Shown: one piece after another, positions 34,601 to 41,083 of the stretch
Layout of the letters: each line of letters begins with the position of its first letter
Numbering within the stretch: position 1 is the first letter of the stretch
From: a virus
Direction: 5' to 3' (one strand)
Length of the DNA: 62,411 bases
Virus record (IMG/VR): IMGVR_UViG_3300024239_000003
Span: 1 to 62,411 of that record
Program-made: the position numbers and the translations under genes
Notes under the pieces: generated by a model
Seen by the model: only the letters and a program-made list of their open reading frames with translations
Database searches by the model: none
What the model was told of the DNA's origin: nothing

Positions 34601-37000
34601 GCGGCCGACGAGCGGCGACGCGAGGAGCACAAGGCCCTGGCCGAGCGCTTCCGCAAGCTGTCGCCCGAGTTGCAGGCGCAGTACCGCGAGGTCCGCGACG
34701 CCTACAAGCAGATGACCGAGGAGCTGGACGCCATCCTGATGGCGAACCTCGGGCAGGCCCTGGACATCGCCGGCCGCAAGGCTGAGCGCCAGTACGAGAA
34801 GGACATGCAGGAAATCCGCGACGACGGCCTGACCGGCGACGCGCGGAAGGAGGCCGAGGCCGCCGCGCTGAAGAAGTACAACACCGCCATGTCCAAACAG
34901 CGGTGGAACAAGCGCGCCCGCATGACCGAGCTGCGCCAGCAACTGGAATCGAACCGCGTCGCCGGCCCGTATTTCCCGCTCGCCCGGTTCGGCGACTACT
35001 TCGTCACCGTGCGCGACCGCGACAGCGGCGAGGTCCTGAGCTTCTCGCGCTTCGAGACCCGTGCCGAGCAGCAGCGTTTCGCCAAGCAGGCGGCGCGCCT
35101 GGGCTCTGTGCAGACCGGCCTGCTGAACAACGACGCCGACGTTCGCGGCTCGGTCGATCCGCGCTTTGTCTCGGACGTTGAGGACATCCTGTCCGGCGCC
35201 AGCGTTCCCGATTCCGTCAAGGATCAGGTCTGGCAGCGCTTCCTCGAAAGCATGCCGGACATGAGCATGCGCAAGGGCTTCATCCACCGGAAGGGCCGCT
35301 CCGGCTTCAGCTCCGACGCCCTGCGCGCCTTCGCCTCGCGCATGTTCCACGGCGCGCACCAGCTCGGCCGCCTGAAGTACGGCGCGCAGATGCAGGAGCA
35401 GCTCGACCTCGCCAAGGATGCGGCGCGCGTCAGCGGCAACCCGGAGCGCGACACCGCCGTGGTGAACGAGCTGAACCGCCGGCATGACTACGTCATGAAC
35501 CCGAAAGGCGGGGCGCTCGCCCAGCACATCACGTCCGCCGCGTTCGTCTACCACCTGTCGATGTCGCCGGCGGCCGCGCTGGTGAACCTGTCGCAGACCG
35601 TCGTCCTGGGCGTGCCGATCATGGGCGCCAAGTACGGCGCCGCCCGCACCACTGTGGAGCTGAACCGCGCCCTGGGCAACTTCATCACCGGGCGCGGCCG
35701 CGCCGAGCGCTCCTCCGGCCTGACTGAGGACGAGCGCAAGGCAATGCGGGCGGCCTACGACTCCGGCGTGGTGGACAGCTCGCAGTCGCACAACCTCGCC
35801 GGCGTCGGCGAAACCGGCGTCGAGTACAGCCCGGTACGGAACAAGGTCATGGGCATCATTGCGTGGCAGTTCCATCAGGCCGAACGGCTCAACCGTGAGG
35901 TGACTTTCCTGGCTGCCTACCGGATGGCCCGGAAGGATGGCCTGGACCACGAGCGCGCCGTCGATCAGGCCTCGCGCATGACCTACAAGGTGCATTTCGA
36001 CTACGGCAACACCAACCGCCCGCGCGCTATGCACGGCGACGTGGCGAAGGTCGCCCTGGTCTTCCGCAACTACCAGATCAACATGCTGTGGCGCCTGTTC
36101 CGCGATACCCATCAGGCGCTGCGCGGGGACAAGGAAGGCCGCCGCGAGGCCGTGCGCCAGTTGGCGGGCGTCACCGGCCTGATGGCTCTGAACGCCGGCG
36201 TGCGCGGCGTGTGGCTGTACGGTCTGGCGATGGCCCTGGCCAGCATGTTCTTCGGCGACGACGCGGAGGAGCGCTTCAAGAAGGCGACCGTGGACCTGCT
36301 CGGCCCGACCGCCGCCGGCTTCCTGCTGAACGGCGTGCCCGGCCATGCCCTGGGCATCTCCATCTCCGAGCGCGTCGGTATGCCTGACCTGTGGTTCCGC
36401 TCGCCCGACCGCCAGCTCGAAGGCGAAGACGAGTTCAACTACTGGCAGACCCAGCTCCTCGGCGCCGTTCCCGGCATCGCGCAAAACATGTGGCGCGGCT
36501 GGAATCAGATGCTCGACGGGCACGTCTTCCGTGGCGTCGAGACCATGTCGCCGAAGTTCATCAAAGACATGATGCGGGCTGGCCGGTTCGCCACCGAGGG
36601 AGCGCAGACCCTGCGCGGCGATGCCCTGGTGGACCGCTTCAAGCCGAACGAGATCGTGGCGCAGTTGCTCGGCTTCACCCCGGCGGTGCTCGCGGAGCAG
36701 TACGAGCGCAACTCGGCCCTGAAGAACGCCGAGAAGCGGATCATGGACGAGCGCCGGCGCCTGATGGACCGCTACGCCACGGCCTACAAGCTGAAGGACC
36801 GGGAGGAGATGCAGGCGATCCGCGAGGACGTGAAGGCCTTCAACAAGGAGCACCGGGAGGTCGCCATCACGGCCGAGACCATCACCCGGTCGATCCGGTC
36901 GCGGCAGCGGTACAGCCAGCGCACCGAGGGCGGCGTCGCGCTGAACCCACGACTTGACCGGCGCCTTCGTGATAACCTCGGTGACGCTATCTATCGGTAA
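22661..37000 (+). CDS. Giant polyvalent virion protein (4779 aa): SLT, ParB-like, N6-A MTase, SNF2/DEAH helicase, ART-like, HExxH peptidase, PLxRFG
   Basis: Motifs read in frame: LALGDQESRFNP (E codon at 22865); DSLKPTQ...LDGHHQWLA (25963-26100); VLEPSVGVGNF plus NPPF (27928-27939); GAGKT and DEAH (30275-30286); FKRWFGDSKVVDEDGQPLVVYHGS (32384-); HEMFH (33749-33763); PLARFG (34976-34993). Confidence 0.9.
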   Translation: MAKAPLSPLEKVLSEAPSQGLPDFQFNATERQPSASSSAAPTELMPMFEQSAVKYNVPVNVLLALGDQESRFNPRALGQPTKWGRAKGLMQYLDSTAANLGINPYDPAQSIDAAARQIRERLDKGYSMEDAVKEHFAGPDRRQWGPKTARYGEEVMEKVAKWGGQFQPTGAAVASGAPDRAGAVAELQKQLDAEEEGRYTALTPDQVERYQRRAAMMQGDALAATQPFVQVSAPSPLTIENQQRQQQQQAEAQPSPLTLENQNRLAAGLPPKDTREYQGFLEATGASLENVPERFQQSIAGLIQMAGEDLGLERERFIADRARQYGITPGDMKLLAWAGNEKLIDPKTPIPEALKTVKQNIAQSLNEQQLRQLDAAGIINPKEISAFARDWREQTKKTMVEVRPEPESMAYYGSAAIGSLAEMAPMLAAAVVTRNPRIATAIMGGQVGGQAYATGRESGLSEEQAQTYALLTAAAEAAPEALVLGRLLKPGAGIMKKALEGTVLEGAQEAVTAALQAGIDKGYISPDMTLKEALVQVRDSAIIGAMTGGALGGTFAGAEKLTSRKPAEQRERIEPTVSEDGATPSAQPAATTPAAQAETTPAAEAPQEIQAAPPAPQPEPQPAPQPAPQPAPQPEPSGQLGRALQNAMPGRAEESAADGQRVALIAEGLEPITGAVVSESPDSLMVRGDDGQSYEITRDEIASGAVSVMPEEQLAAQQAAAPAQEQQAAQPVEEPAPAEQQAEQQVEQPQLFAETEQAAPMSEPAPEERKPARTYEEMDEPELRERLKYLAGQARNSGGWNKTLMQERRKIEKAIEAKKAEAAPVEQPAVEPAPAVEQPTAEQPAAEQAPVKWFGSREKADAFITKKKLSDSHEVVEAGRSRFEIREKAPKDGWEDVPGFTDRSRKEVMDAVVDMRKFNPGMEFRTKAVDGKLIIQKRKAPAEQEQAAPAPAAQQEQPKTSGHINRARKLIGAEVGDTIVPSADVGYASGGKPYVIERIEKNGEVVVRNAETNSRTNLSRAELERARRAGVTYAKQQALEEAGGDMRGQDINSEWSAFAPESGTLSVPRAEMPQIKAEHRGAMVNFLNARGIEHEEQTVPADSLKPTQAEFSPSKVAQAKEFTGGDRAILVSSDGHVLDGHHQWLAKRDAGEDVRIIRLDAPIRDLLPLVHEFPSSTQAEGASSAAPSVAKAETPSAKSEQINITVDDGLMPRDDMARIQSRAGVEAFAIGSDPETGAVKFKRGMEYGDYNINRLDTSGDFYSREASAKFKNDGTYRVEFDDGRDPISGTFDKGNYVDSIVEILKPIADAVPRVNRFTGKPVATKAPTAAPSKASPAVSENKVFTEDAAEKARALLRSKLTQLNSGIDPEIMQAGITLAGYHIEKGARTFAAYAKAMVGDLGDVVRPYLKSWYMGVKYDPRAAGFDGMSTAAEVETFDVDALSEETPNEPEQLDQPSQGALEGAPAEPVQGAASQEPARERPARSSGADARRDERAGSGRDDDARGLGSDEGAVPVPAAGASRDGRGGDRSAVQRGDAGNPARSRGRGGREPRGVTPSLGVVAEQRPANYTITEADEIGQGGAKTKYRNNVAAIRLLKQLETDGRAATASEQVVLAKYVGWGGIPQAFERSDGSASKGWDSEVAELMGLLTAEEYRAAASSSKNAHYTAPEIVRAMWGAVARLGFNGGRVLEPSVGVGNFFGLMPHELRKAAALNGVELDRVTSGIATQLYPEAKIARMGYQDYLIPDGHFDVAIGNPPFGRESLYDGRRKDLSGFSIHNYFFAKSLDGLRPGGVLAMVVTNRMMDVPGDKARRYMADRADFLGAIRLPNDAFMANAGTSVTTDIIFMRRRAEGEQPAGESWMEVRDYTDKDGNTVPLNEYFHRHPEMMLGDFGAYGSMYRDGEPALVAREGQDTQAELTRAIGRLPEGVMTQSAPVKPETAETVRAENVRVGSMFLDGDTVKVRGDDVLGENTAEAVTFPNEKARERVVGMIGIRDVLARLRGLQLDPSATDKRIEVARKELNAAYDAFVKANGPINLDANKRLFRDDPTWPQLSALEDNFDKGLSAAMAKKTGEEPRKPSAQKAAIFSKRTQQPYQAPTSAASAKDALVASLAETGRVDLDLMSELYGKSPDTIVKELGDLVFRDPVKGYVTRDEYLSGNVKAKLAQAREAAKSDPAFAANVDALEAVQPADIEAVDINVKPGAPWVPQETMAEFANHIAEGSRARAIYNPATAKWSFLNVDATTAADQRFATGRVTLTGILEAAANQKTLQVYDSHPDGSRTLNEGETQLANDKVNAVKEAWDRWVWADDARRERLGRIYNDTYNTNVARDYDGSHLTFPGKVGDDIISLRPHQGNAVWRIVQADTTLLDHVVGAGKTFTMVAGAMELRRMGLAKKPMFVVPNHLVSQWAADFTKLYPGANVLAANKKDFEKENRKRLFARIATGDWDAVIVAHSSFGKVEVEPHEQAAFIQEQVDDLDASIELMRLVDGKNSRNVKETQKRRDALQEKLKKLIDADNKDDSLYWGELGVDALFVDEAHEFKNLAFSTSMNRVAGLGAQTGSQKAADLFLKVRQVLKATGGRNVVFATGTPISNTMAEMYTMQRYLDYVNLKGQGLSHFDAWARMFGEVVTDWELSPSGKYKMNSRFAKFVNMPELMQRYGSFADVVNRADINRMLAAQGKKLPVPKVRGGKPENVVVPRSQDQANYIGEPIKDADGNDTDDYPRGTLVWRSENLPKKAEKGSDNMLKIMGDARKAALDMRLIDPSYPDYAGSKVNEAAGRMKELYDRWHEDRGTQLVFIDLSTPKNARSAEAERLRDLARRADDGDEDAAAELDKVSPDELMALDGDFSVYDDLKQKLIAKGIPADEIAFIHDAKTDLQKEELFGKVRSGRVRFLFGSTAKMGAGTNVQDRLVGLHHMDAPWRPSDLEQREGRIIRQGNKLYERDPEGFEVAIFRYATKQTLDSRMWQTIEGKANFIEQVRKGASGTREIEDVAGEAANAAEMKAAASGNPLILEEMSLRQKIRKLENERMNHEREQFRLRDSVRSAKRSIERADRLLAELRADAKRELPKEFALTINGVEFDKRKDAGEAILAQAAKMEANGTEEAEIGRYGDFTIRLERITKERYEAQVVGDGTYTAAFELDTDPLGLSMRVTNTVKDLGGAIEQVEQRKARAQADIPKLEEQAADWSKRDELSQAKGRHNDVLTQLKPKKKETPPAQQQPEIKASIAKQTSTPEFKRWFGDSKVVDEDGQPLVVYHGSIVRDSPRTPGMGDIQAFDRLYTTRFRKPSVDTMGSWFSTNPGEGGAQKYSGAREGSVIYPVYLSIQNPQETTFQLLLRRARLLANGVDDGRMVGEAEVNAYRKWLKEMGKDGIKIVHDEYAENGSTEFKDQTAWVVLEPEQIKSATGNRGTFDPNSADIRYSIADQLQRALNDGSRVDAVVDGERFSVQPDGMYELIRSDAIDLKSPAEIASLPVADARARVFDALLAKRGISMQHQKLGAINFNRAGITKSRANSNDPAKVKTIPLLDRIVDGAPYLGRREADGTVYHYLGRRIRVDGEPITTMITLRETPDGRITYYNHTMLNDVRTIMVEPDDPSVNDRYYRRPDLRYELMSLSAPASPERIRAVLTGGPLGAQLQKLMDAGRLVVHADASTVPGASVPGMQAKTYDDGSVHMVAANVTPQNALAVLLHEMFHSGARPLVGTRRWAQLMVRLEQLYKQFEKSNGRARQFFDAARNRVETAKRYLPMSDVLAVEEFGAYAIEEYESAPAAVRRWVDDVIGAIKDFLFRTFGVQLGQVTPAQLRAMALAAIRSEAQAPGASSMDGERYSIASLPENAPNDTEVEGWFSRKLTDAMAGPRSGGRWSILSLAPMDRMVEELAGGNQPAQEYLNLKRDMDAYRSKKHQQFDTIAQRWLKLIAFDRKGAQEMADIMHEATLAQTDPAEPFKTSITKADEQVMQYRPNSEAAEEAFAKKAADERRREEHKALAERFRKLSPELQAQYREVRDAYKQMTEELDAILMANLGQALDIAGRKAERQYEKDMQEIRDDGLTGDARKEAEAAALKKYNTAMSKQRWNKRARMTELRQQLESNRVAGPYFPLARFGDYFVTVRDRDSGEVLSFSRFETRAEQQRFAKQAARLGSVQTGLLNNDADVRGSVDPRFVSDVEDILSGASVPDSVKDQVWQRFLESMPDMSMRKGFIHRKGRSGFSSDALRAFASRMFHGAHQLGRLKYGAQMQEQLDLAKDAARVSGNPERDTAVVNELNRRHDYVMNPKGGALAQHITSAAFVYHLSMSPAAALVNLSQTVVLGVPIMGAKYGAARTTVELNRALGNFITGRGRAERSSGLTEDERKAMRAAYDSGVVDSSQSHNLAGVGETGVEYSPVRNKVMGIIAWQFHQAERLNREVTFLAAYRMARKDGLDHERAVDQASRMTYKVHFDYGNTNRPRAMHGDVAKVALVFRNYQINMLWRLFRDTHQALRGDKEGRREAVRQLAGVTGLMALNAGVRGVWLYGLAMALASMFFGDDAEERFKKATVDLLGPTAAGFLLNGVPGHALGISISERVGMPDLWFRSPDRQLEGEDEFNYWQTQLLGAVPGIAQNMWRGWNQMLDGHVFRGVETMSPKFIKDMMRAGRFATEGAQTLRGDALVDRFKPNEIVAQLLGFTPAVLAEQYERNSALKNAEKRIMDERRRLMDRYATAYKLKDREEMQAIREDVKAFNKEHREVAITAETITRSIRSRQRYSQRTEGGVALNPRLDRRLRDNLGDAIYR
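27003..27326 (+). CDS. Nested +1-frame ORF (107 aa) inside the giant gene
   Basis: GAGGAG lies 7 nt before ATG 27003, and the ORF ends at TAA 27324-27326. G/C third-position bias follows this frame over exactly this interval. The product MNLNSWISQAREHWKEHLPNRYKELQAK... looks globular. Confidence 0.55.
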   Translation: MNLNSWISQAREHWKEHLPNRYKELQAKNQLGNALRGAAERTHAEMSELEAAGMTTHEAWEATRELYLFPPQEQAETDEAATGALFNEAMQVIQPDPEDGVVESRAA

Positions 37001-37011
37001 CGGGGAGCACG

Positions 37012-37043
37012 CCGCGCAACTGGCACCCGATCTGGTTGCGCGG
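37012..37043 (+). terminator. Hairpin after the giant gene (CCGCGCAAC-14 nt-GTTGCGCGG)
   Basis: 9-bp stem 12 nt after the stop codon. No clear U-tract, so terminator function is uncertain. Confidence 0.35.
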
Positions 37044-37102
37044 ATCACCTCTTGGACCATGGCGACGGGCATGGAATCGGGCGCATCCCGTCACTTCACT
37101 GT

Positions 37103-37131
37103 TTCGATAATGGCAATATGCTGTATAGAAT
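37103..37131 (+). promoter_or_regulatory. Candidate promoter for the lysis cassette: TTCGAT, 17 nt, TAGAAT
   Basis: In an AT-rich patch (ttcgataatggcaatatgctgtatagaat) between the giant gene and the endolysin gene. Confidence 0.35.
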
Positions 37132-37183
37132 GTGATCAGCAGCGCATGACGTGCCGCCCCCCGTGGAAACTGGAGGCACGTCT

Positions 37184-37783
37184 GTGCGCAAGAAACTCAC
37201 CGAACCCGATATTCAGAAAGCCGCCGACTCCCTGTCGGTGCCGGTCGCAGCCGTGAAAGCGGTCTGCGCTGTCGAGAGCCGTGGCGACGGCTTCCTGCCG
37301 GATGGCCGACCGGTCGTCCTGTTCGAGCGCCACATCATGTACCGGCGCACCAAGGCCAAGTACGGCTTCACCCGCGCCGACGCCCTGGTCGAGCGCTACC
37401 CTGACATCATCAATCCGAAGCCCGGCGCCTACGGCAAGGAGTCCGCGCAGCCTGATCGCATGGACCGCGCCGCCAAGCTGATCGACCGGGAGTGCGCCCT
37501 GGAGTCGGCGAGCTGGGGTCTGTTCCAGATCATGGGCTACCACTGGGATACGCTCGGTTATCCCACGCTCCAGGCCTTCATCAACGCCATGTACTACACC
37601 GAGGGCGACCAGCTCGACGCCTTCGTCCGGTTCGTCAAGGCGAACCCGAAGCTGCACGAGGCGCTGAAGCGTCAGGACTGGAAGACCTTCGCGCTCCTCT
37701 ACAACGGCCCGAACTACGCGGCGAACCAGTACGACACCAAGCTGGCAGCCGCCTTCAAGAGCGCGGGAGGGGGCATTGCCTGA
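37184..37783 (+). CDS. Endolysin (N-acetylmuramidase family, DUF3380-type)
   Basis: ...VKAVCAVESRGDGFLPDGRPVVLFERHIMYR...ASWGLFQIMGYHW...FALLYNGPNYAANQYDTKL matches the muramidase family pattern. GTG 37184 follows GGAGG. Confidence 0.85.
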   Translation: MRKKLTEPDIQKAADSLSVPVAAVKAVCAVESRGDGFLPDGRPVVLFERHIMYRRTKAKYGFTRADALVERYPDIINPKPGAYGKESAQPDRMDRAAKLIDRECALESASWGLFQIMGYHWDTLGYPTLQAFINAMYYTEGDQLDAFVRFVKANPKLHEALKRQDWKTFALLYNGPNYAANQYDTKLAAAFKSAGGGIA

Positions 37784-38148
37784 TGGACGAGCAACCGCAA
37801 ACCCTGTGGGGGATGATCGGCGCCGGCCTGACCAGTCTTGTGATGGGCGGCCTGTGGCTCCGCACGAAGCTCTCCAAGGACGCGGCGGAGATCGCCAACT
37901 CCAGGGCCGAAGTGGACATGATCGACCGGCTCCAAGAGGAGAACAAAGAGCTGCGCATGAGCCTGCAAGAGGTCACAGCCGAGCGCAACAAGCTCTACCG
38001 GGAGGTAGGCGAGCTGATCGGCAGCGTCCGCGCCCTGGAAACCAGCCAGAAGATGCTGGAATCGCGCATCGAACAGATGAAGCAGGAAATTGTCACACTG
38101 CGGGGGGCGCTGGAGAGGACTGGAGATGAACGACGGTCGCAGCACTAA
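37783..38148 (+). CDS. Membrane-anchored coiled-coil protein (lysis cassette; holin/antiholin candidate)
   Basis: ATG overlaps the endolysin stop (TGATG). N-terminal TM (WGMIGAGLTSLVMGGLWL) followed by coiled coil. Confidence 0.65.
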   Translation: MDEQPQTLWGMIGAGLTSLVMGGLWLRTKLSKDAAEIANSRAEVDMIDRLQEENKELRMSLQEVTAERNKLYREVGELIGSVRALETSQKMLESRIEQMKQEIVTLRGALERTGDERRSQH

Positions 38149-38407
38149 CTGCAAGGTCGGCTTCCGCAGCGCGGAAACCTGGGGCATCGTCGGCGTGCTG
38201 TTCGCCGCCGGCGTCGCCATCGGGTTCCCGCTGGGGATGATGTGGGAGCGGAGCAGCGCGGAACAGCGTATCTCCGCCCTGAATGCCGCCTATGCCGAGG
38301 CGCTGAGCGCCAAGGACGAGTCCATTCACATCTGCATCGCCAAAGCGACCGAGGCCGCCAACAAGGCGGAAACGGCGGTCGAGAAGGCTACGGAGCAGGC
38401 GAAGTGA
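38126..38407 (+). CDS. Single-TM protein (holin candidate)
   Basis: ATG 38126 after GGAGAGGACTGGAG. TM helix WGIVGVLFAAGVAIGFPLGMMW. Confidence 0.6.
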   Translation: MNDGRSTNCKVGFRSAETWGIVGVLFAAGVAIGFPLGMMWERSSAEQRISALNAAYAEALSAKDESIHICIAKATEAANKAETAVEKATEQAK

Positions 38408-38940
38408 CGCTCAAGGGCTACGCCGTTCTCATCCTCTCCTCAATCCTGGCCGGCGCCATCGCCGCCGGCACCGCGCAGGGCTGGCGCTACGGCGAGAAGC
38501 TCGCCGACAAGGACAAGGCCTACAGCCAGCTCCAGACCGACCACGCGACCGAACTGAAGCGCATCTCCGACGAGGCGCAGCGGGCGACCGCCGGCGCCCT
38601 GGAAAAGCAGCAGGCCGCCGAGCAGCGGCTGGCCGACTCCGACCGCAAGCACACCGAGGACCTGAAGAATGCCCAAGCCGAGAACGCTCGTCTTGCTAAT
38701 GCTGTTGCCGCTGGCGAGCGCCGGCTGCGCGTCCAAGCCCGCTGTCCAGCTCCAGCCGGTGGCGACCAAGGCGGCCAGAATGCCGCCGCCGGCGGCCTGG
38801 GCGATGACACCACCGTCGAACTCGCTGGAGCTGCTGGACGCAACGTTCTTGCCGCCCGAGGAGGCATCCTCGAAGACCGGGCGAAGATAGCCTATCTGCA
38901 AGACTACGCGCGGCAGTGTCAGGCGCTCCAGCAGCCGTGA
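38404..38940 (+). CDS. Rz: i-spanin (Rz)
   Basis: N-terminal TM, coiled coil, and ...ANAVAAGERRLRVQARCPA..., the Rz signature (compare lambda Rz ...GKRRLRIKAVC...). GTG overlaps the upstream stop. Confidence 0.85.
   Translation: MTLKGYAVLILSSILAGAIAAGTAQGWRYGEKLADKDKAYSQLQTDHATELKRISDEAQRATAGALEKQQAAEQRLADSDRKHTEDLKNAQAENARLANAVAAGERRLRVQARCPAPAGGDQGGQNAAAGGLGDDTTVELAGAAGRNVLAARGGILEDRAKIAYLQDYARQCQALQQP
38669..38890 (+). CDS. Rz1: o-spanin (Rz1), embedded in Rz in the +1 frame
   Basis: Lipoprotein signal with lipobox LLPLASAGC, then a Pro-rich mature part. Entirely nested in Rz. Confidence 0.85.
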   Translation: MPKPRTLVLLMLLPLASAGCASKPAVQLQPVATKAARMPPPAAWAMTPPSNSLELLDATFLPPEEASSKTGRR

Positions 38941-39035
38941 TACAGTAGCACCGCAGCTAGGCCGGCCAGCCGAAAAGGAGTCCGCTCACTCCCTGCTGCA
39001 TCCCCACCCGAGCGATCACATGGAGAGCGCCATGT

Positions 39036-39527
39036 ATGAAGCAGCAGCTTCCCACCAAGGCAGAGCTTGAACGCCTTCTTTCCTACGATCCAGAGACCGG
39101 CATTTTCCGGTGGAAGGTAGCGCGCGGCAGGGTTCGCCCTGGCGACATCGCCGGCAAAACCAACAAGGACGGGTATCGGGTTATCAAGGTCAGTCAGGAG
39201 TACCACTACGCGCATCGCCTCGCGTGGCTATTTGTGACGGGCTCCTGGCCGGCGGGCGAGATCGACCATCGCAACCGCCGGCGCGCCGATAACCGATTCG
39301 ATAACCTACGCGACGCAACGCACGCACAGAACCTGCTCAATCAGCCAGGGCGCGGCCGTTCTGGCGCCAAGGGTGTCAGTTGGAAGAAGAAAGCCAGGAA
39401 ATGGAGGGTGCGCGTGCGCATCGAGGGAACCCCGCGCGAGATCGGTCTGTTCGACGACTTCGAGCTGGCCGAGTTCGTCGCGGCGGAAGCGCGAAACCTC
39501 TACCACGGCGAGTTCGCCTGTCACTGA
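39036..39527 (+). CDS. HNH homing endonuclease with AP2-like DNA-binding domain
   Basis: ...YHYAHRLAWLFVTGSWPAGEIDHRNRRRADNRFDNLRDATHAQN (HNH_3 pattern), followed by GVSWKKKARKWRVRVRIEG...LGLFDDFELA (AP2-like). Confidence 0.85.
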   Translation: MKQQLPTKAELERLLSYDPETGIFRWKVARGRVRPGDIAGKTNKDGYRVIKVSQEYHYAHRLAWLFVTGSWPAGEIDHRNRRRADNRFDNLRDATHAQNLLNQPGRGRSGAKGVSWKKKARKWRVRVRIEGTPREIGLFDDFELAEFVAAEARNLYHGEFACH

Positions 39528-39661
39528 ACTGTGGATAACCGGCGCGCGTGGTAGAGATCGTGGTATACCCCGCGCCGGGTACGGAAATTCCGCAAGCGTA
39601 GCAGTACCTTAGCTGAACAGTTCGAGCGTCTCCGTCTCCGCCATTTACCTTTCCCAGCTTT

Positions 39662-39734
39662 TCCCGACCTGATCAAAACCTGTTGATAATTCAACGGGTT
39701 AGGCCTCCTTTTCCGTCCCATTCACTCCCGACCT
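39662..39734. repeat. Candidate attP elements: direct repeats TCCCGACCT (39662-70, 39726-34) flanking the imperfect IR AACCTGTTGA-TAAT-TCAACGGGTT (39677-39700)
   Basis: Read directly in the 290-nt non-coding stretch upstream of int. The assignment as arm and core sites is inference. Confidence 0.3.
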
Positions 39735-39820
39735 TTCCCGCCCAATCCCAGCGCCACCTGGGTAGGAAACGTGGACCGGGTATGCTGAAACCTGGGTATC
39801 GCAACAGCCGAGGAAATCGA

Positions 39821-41083
39821 ATGCTGACCGATACCCAGCTCAGGAAAATCAAACCCACCGAGAAGACTCAGAAACTCGCCGATGGCGGCGGCCTCTATCT
39901 GTTCGTCCAGCCCAACGGCTCCAAGCTGTGGCGCATGCGGTTCTTCTTCGCCGGCAAGGAGAGCATGCTGTCGTTCGGGCCTTACCCAGGCGTTACCCTG
40001 GCCGAGGCCAGGGAGAAGCGCGAGGAGGTCAAGGCGCTGCTCCGGCAGGGTAAGAACCCGGCCACGGCCAGGAAGGAGCAGGAGGCTGCCGCGATCTTCG
40101 ACGCCGGCACCACCTTCGAGGCGGTCGCCCGCGAGTGGCACGAGGCCAACAAAGCGAAGTGGACGCCCGTTCACTGCTACGACGTGTTGCACAGCCTGGA
40201 GCGCGACGTGTTCCCCGAGCTGGGCGCCCTGCCAATCAAGTCGATCACCGCGCCCATGGTGCTGAAGGTCCTGCGCGCCATCGAGAAGCGGCCGGCGGTG
40301 GAGACCGCCCGGCGCATCCGGCAGCGGATGTCCGCCGTGTTCGTCTACGCCATCGCCTCCGGCCGTGGCGAGAATGACCCGGCCGCCATCGTCCAGGGCG
40401 CCATGGCCCCGCTGAAGAAGGGCCGGCAGCCGGCCATCACCGACCTCGAACAGGCGCGCGAAATCATCCGCAAGGTGGACCGCGAGGGCGCACACCCGGC
40501 GACGAAGCTGGCGATCCGGCTGCTGGCGCTGACCGCGCTCCGCCCCGGAACCCTGGCGACCACGCCCTGGGAGGAGCTGGAGGATGTCGAGGACCTGTGG
40601 ATCGTGCCGGCGGCGCGGATGAAGCTGGCGCTGCACCTGAAGGACGACGAGGCCCGCGACCACCTCGTCCCGCTGTCACGGCAGGCCCGCGAGGTGATCG
40701 AGACGCTGCGCCCGCTGACCGGCCGCTGCCCGTTCGTGTTCCCGAACGGCCGGCACGCGCACAAGCCGATGAGCGAGAACGCCATGGGGTATCTGCTGAA
40801 CCGGGCGGGGTATCACCACCGCCATGTACCCCACGGCTGGCGGTCAACGTTCTCGACGGTGATGAACGAGCGCCACCCCCAGGACAGCCGCATCATCGAC
40901 CTGATGCTGGCGCACACGCCAAAGGACAAGGTCGAGGCGGCGTACAATCGCGCGGCGCATCTGGCGCGCCGCCGCGAGCTGGCCCAAGAATGGGCGGACC
41001 TGCTGATCGTCGATCAGATGCCGCTGGAAGAAGTCGTTTCCGGCCGCAGGCGCGGCAAGGCGTCGATCCACGCCTCGACCTGA
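39821..41083 (+). CDS. int: Tyrosine integrase, P4 type (N-terminal DUF4102 arm-binding domain)
   Basis: MLTDTQLRKIKPTEKTQKLADGGGLYLFVQPNGSKLWRMRFFFAGKESMLSFGPYP...AREKREE is the P4-integrase N-terminal signature. C-terminus has HGWRSTFST...LAH. ATG 39821 follows AGGAAA. Confidence 0.92.
   Translation: MLTDTQLRKIKPTEKTQKLADGGGLYLFVQPNGSKLWRMRFFFAGKESMLSFGPYPGVTLAEAREKREEVKALLRQGKNPATARKEQEAAAIFDAGTTFEAVAREWHEANKAKWTPVHCYDVLHSLERDVFPELGALPIKSITAPMVLKVLRAIEKRPAVETARRIRQRMSAVFVYAIASGRGENDPAAIVQGAMAPLKKGRQPAITDLEQAREIIRKVDREGAHPATKLAIRLLALTALRPGTLATTPWEELEDVEDLWIVPAARMKLALHLKDDEARDHLVPLSRQAREVIETLRPLTGRCPFVFPNGRHAHKPMSENAMGYLLNRAGYHHRHVPHGWRSTFSTVMNERHPQDSRIIDLMLAHTPKDKVEAAYNRAAHLARRRELAQEWADLLIVDQMPLEEVVSGRRRGKASIHAST

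Noticed and set aside
39539-39589. Hairpin CCGGCGCG-35 nt-CGCGCCGG after the HNH gene as a terminator or as the attP core
   Set aside because: The loop is large and there is no U-tract. Nothing links it to the integrase, so it is not distinctive enough to call.
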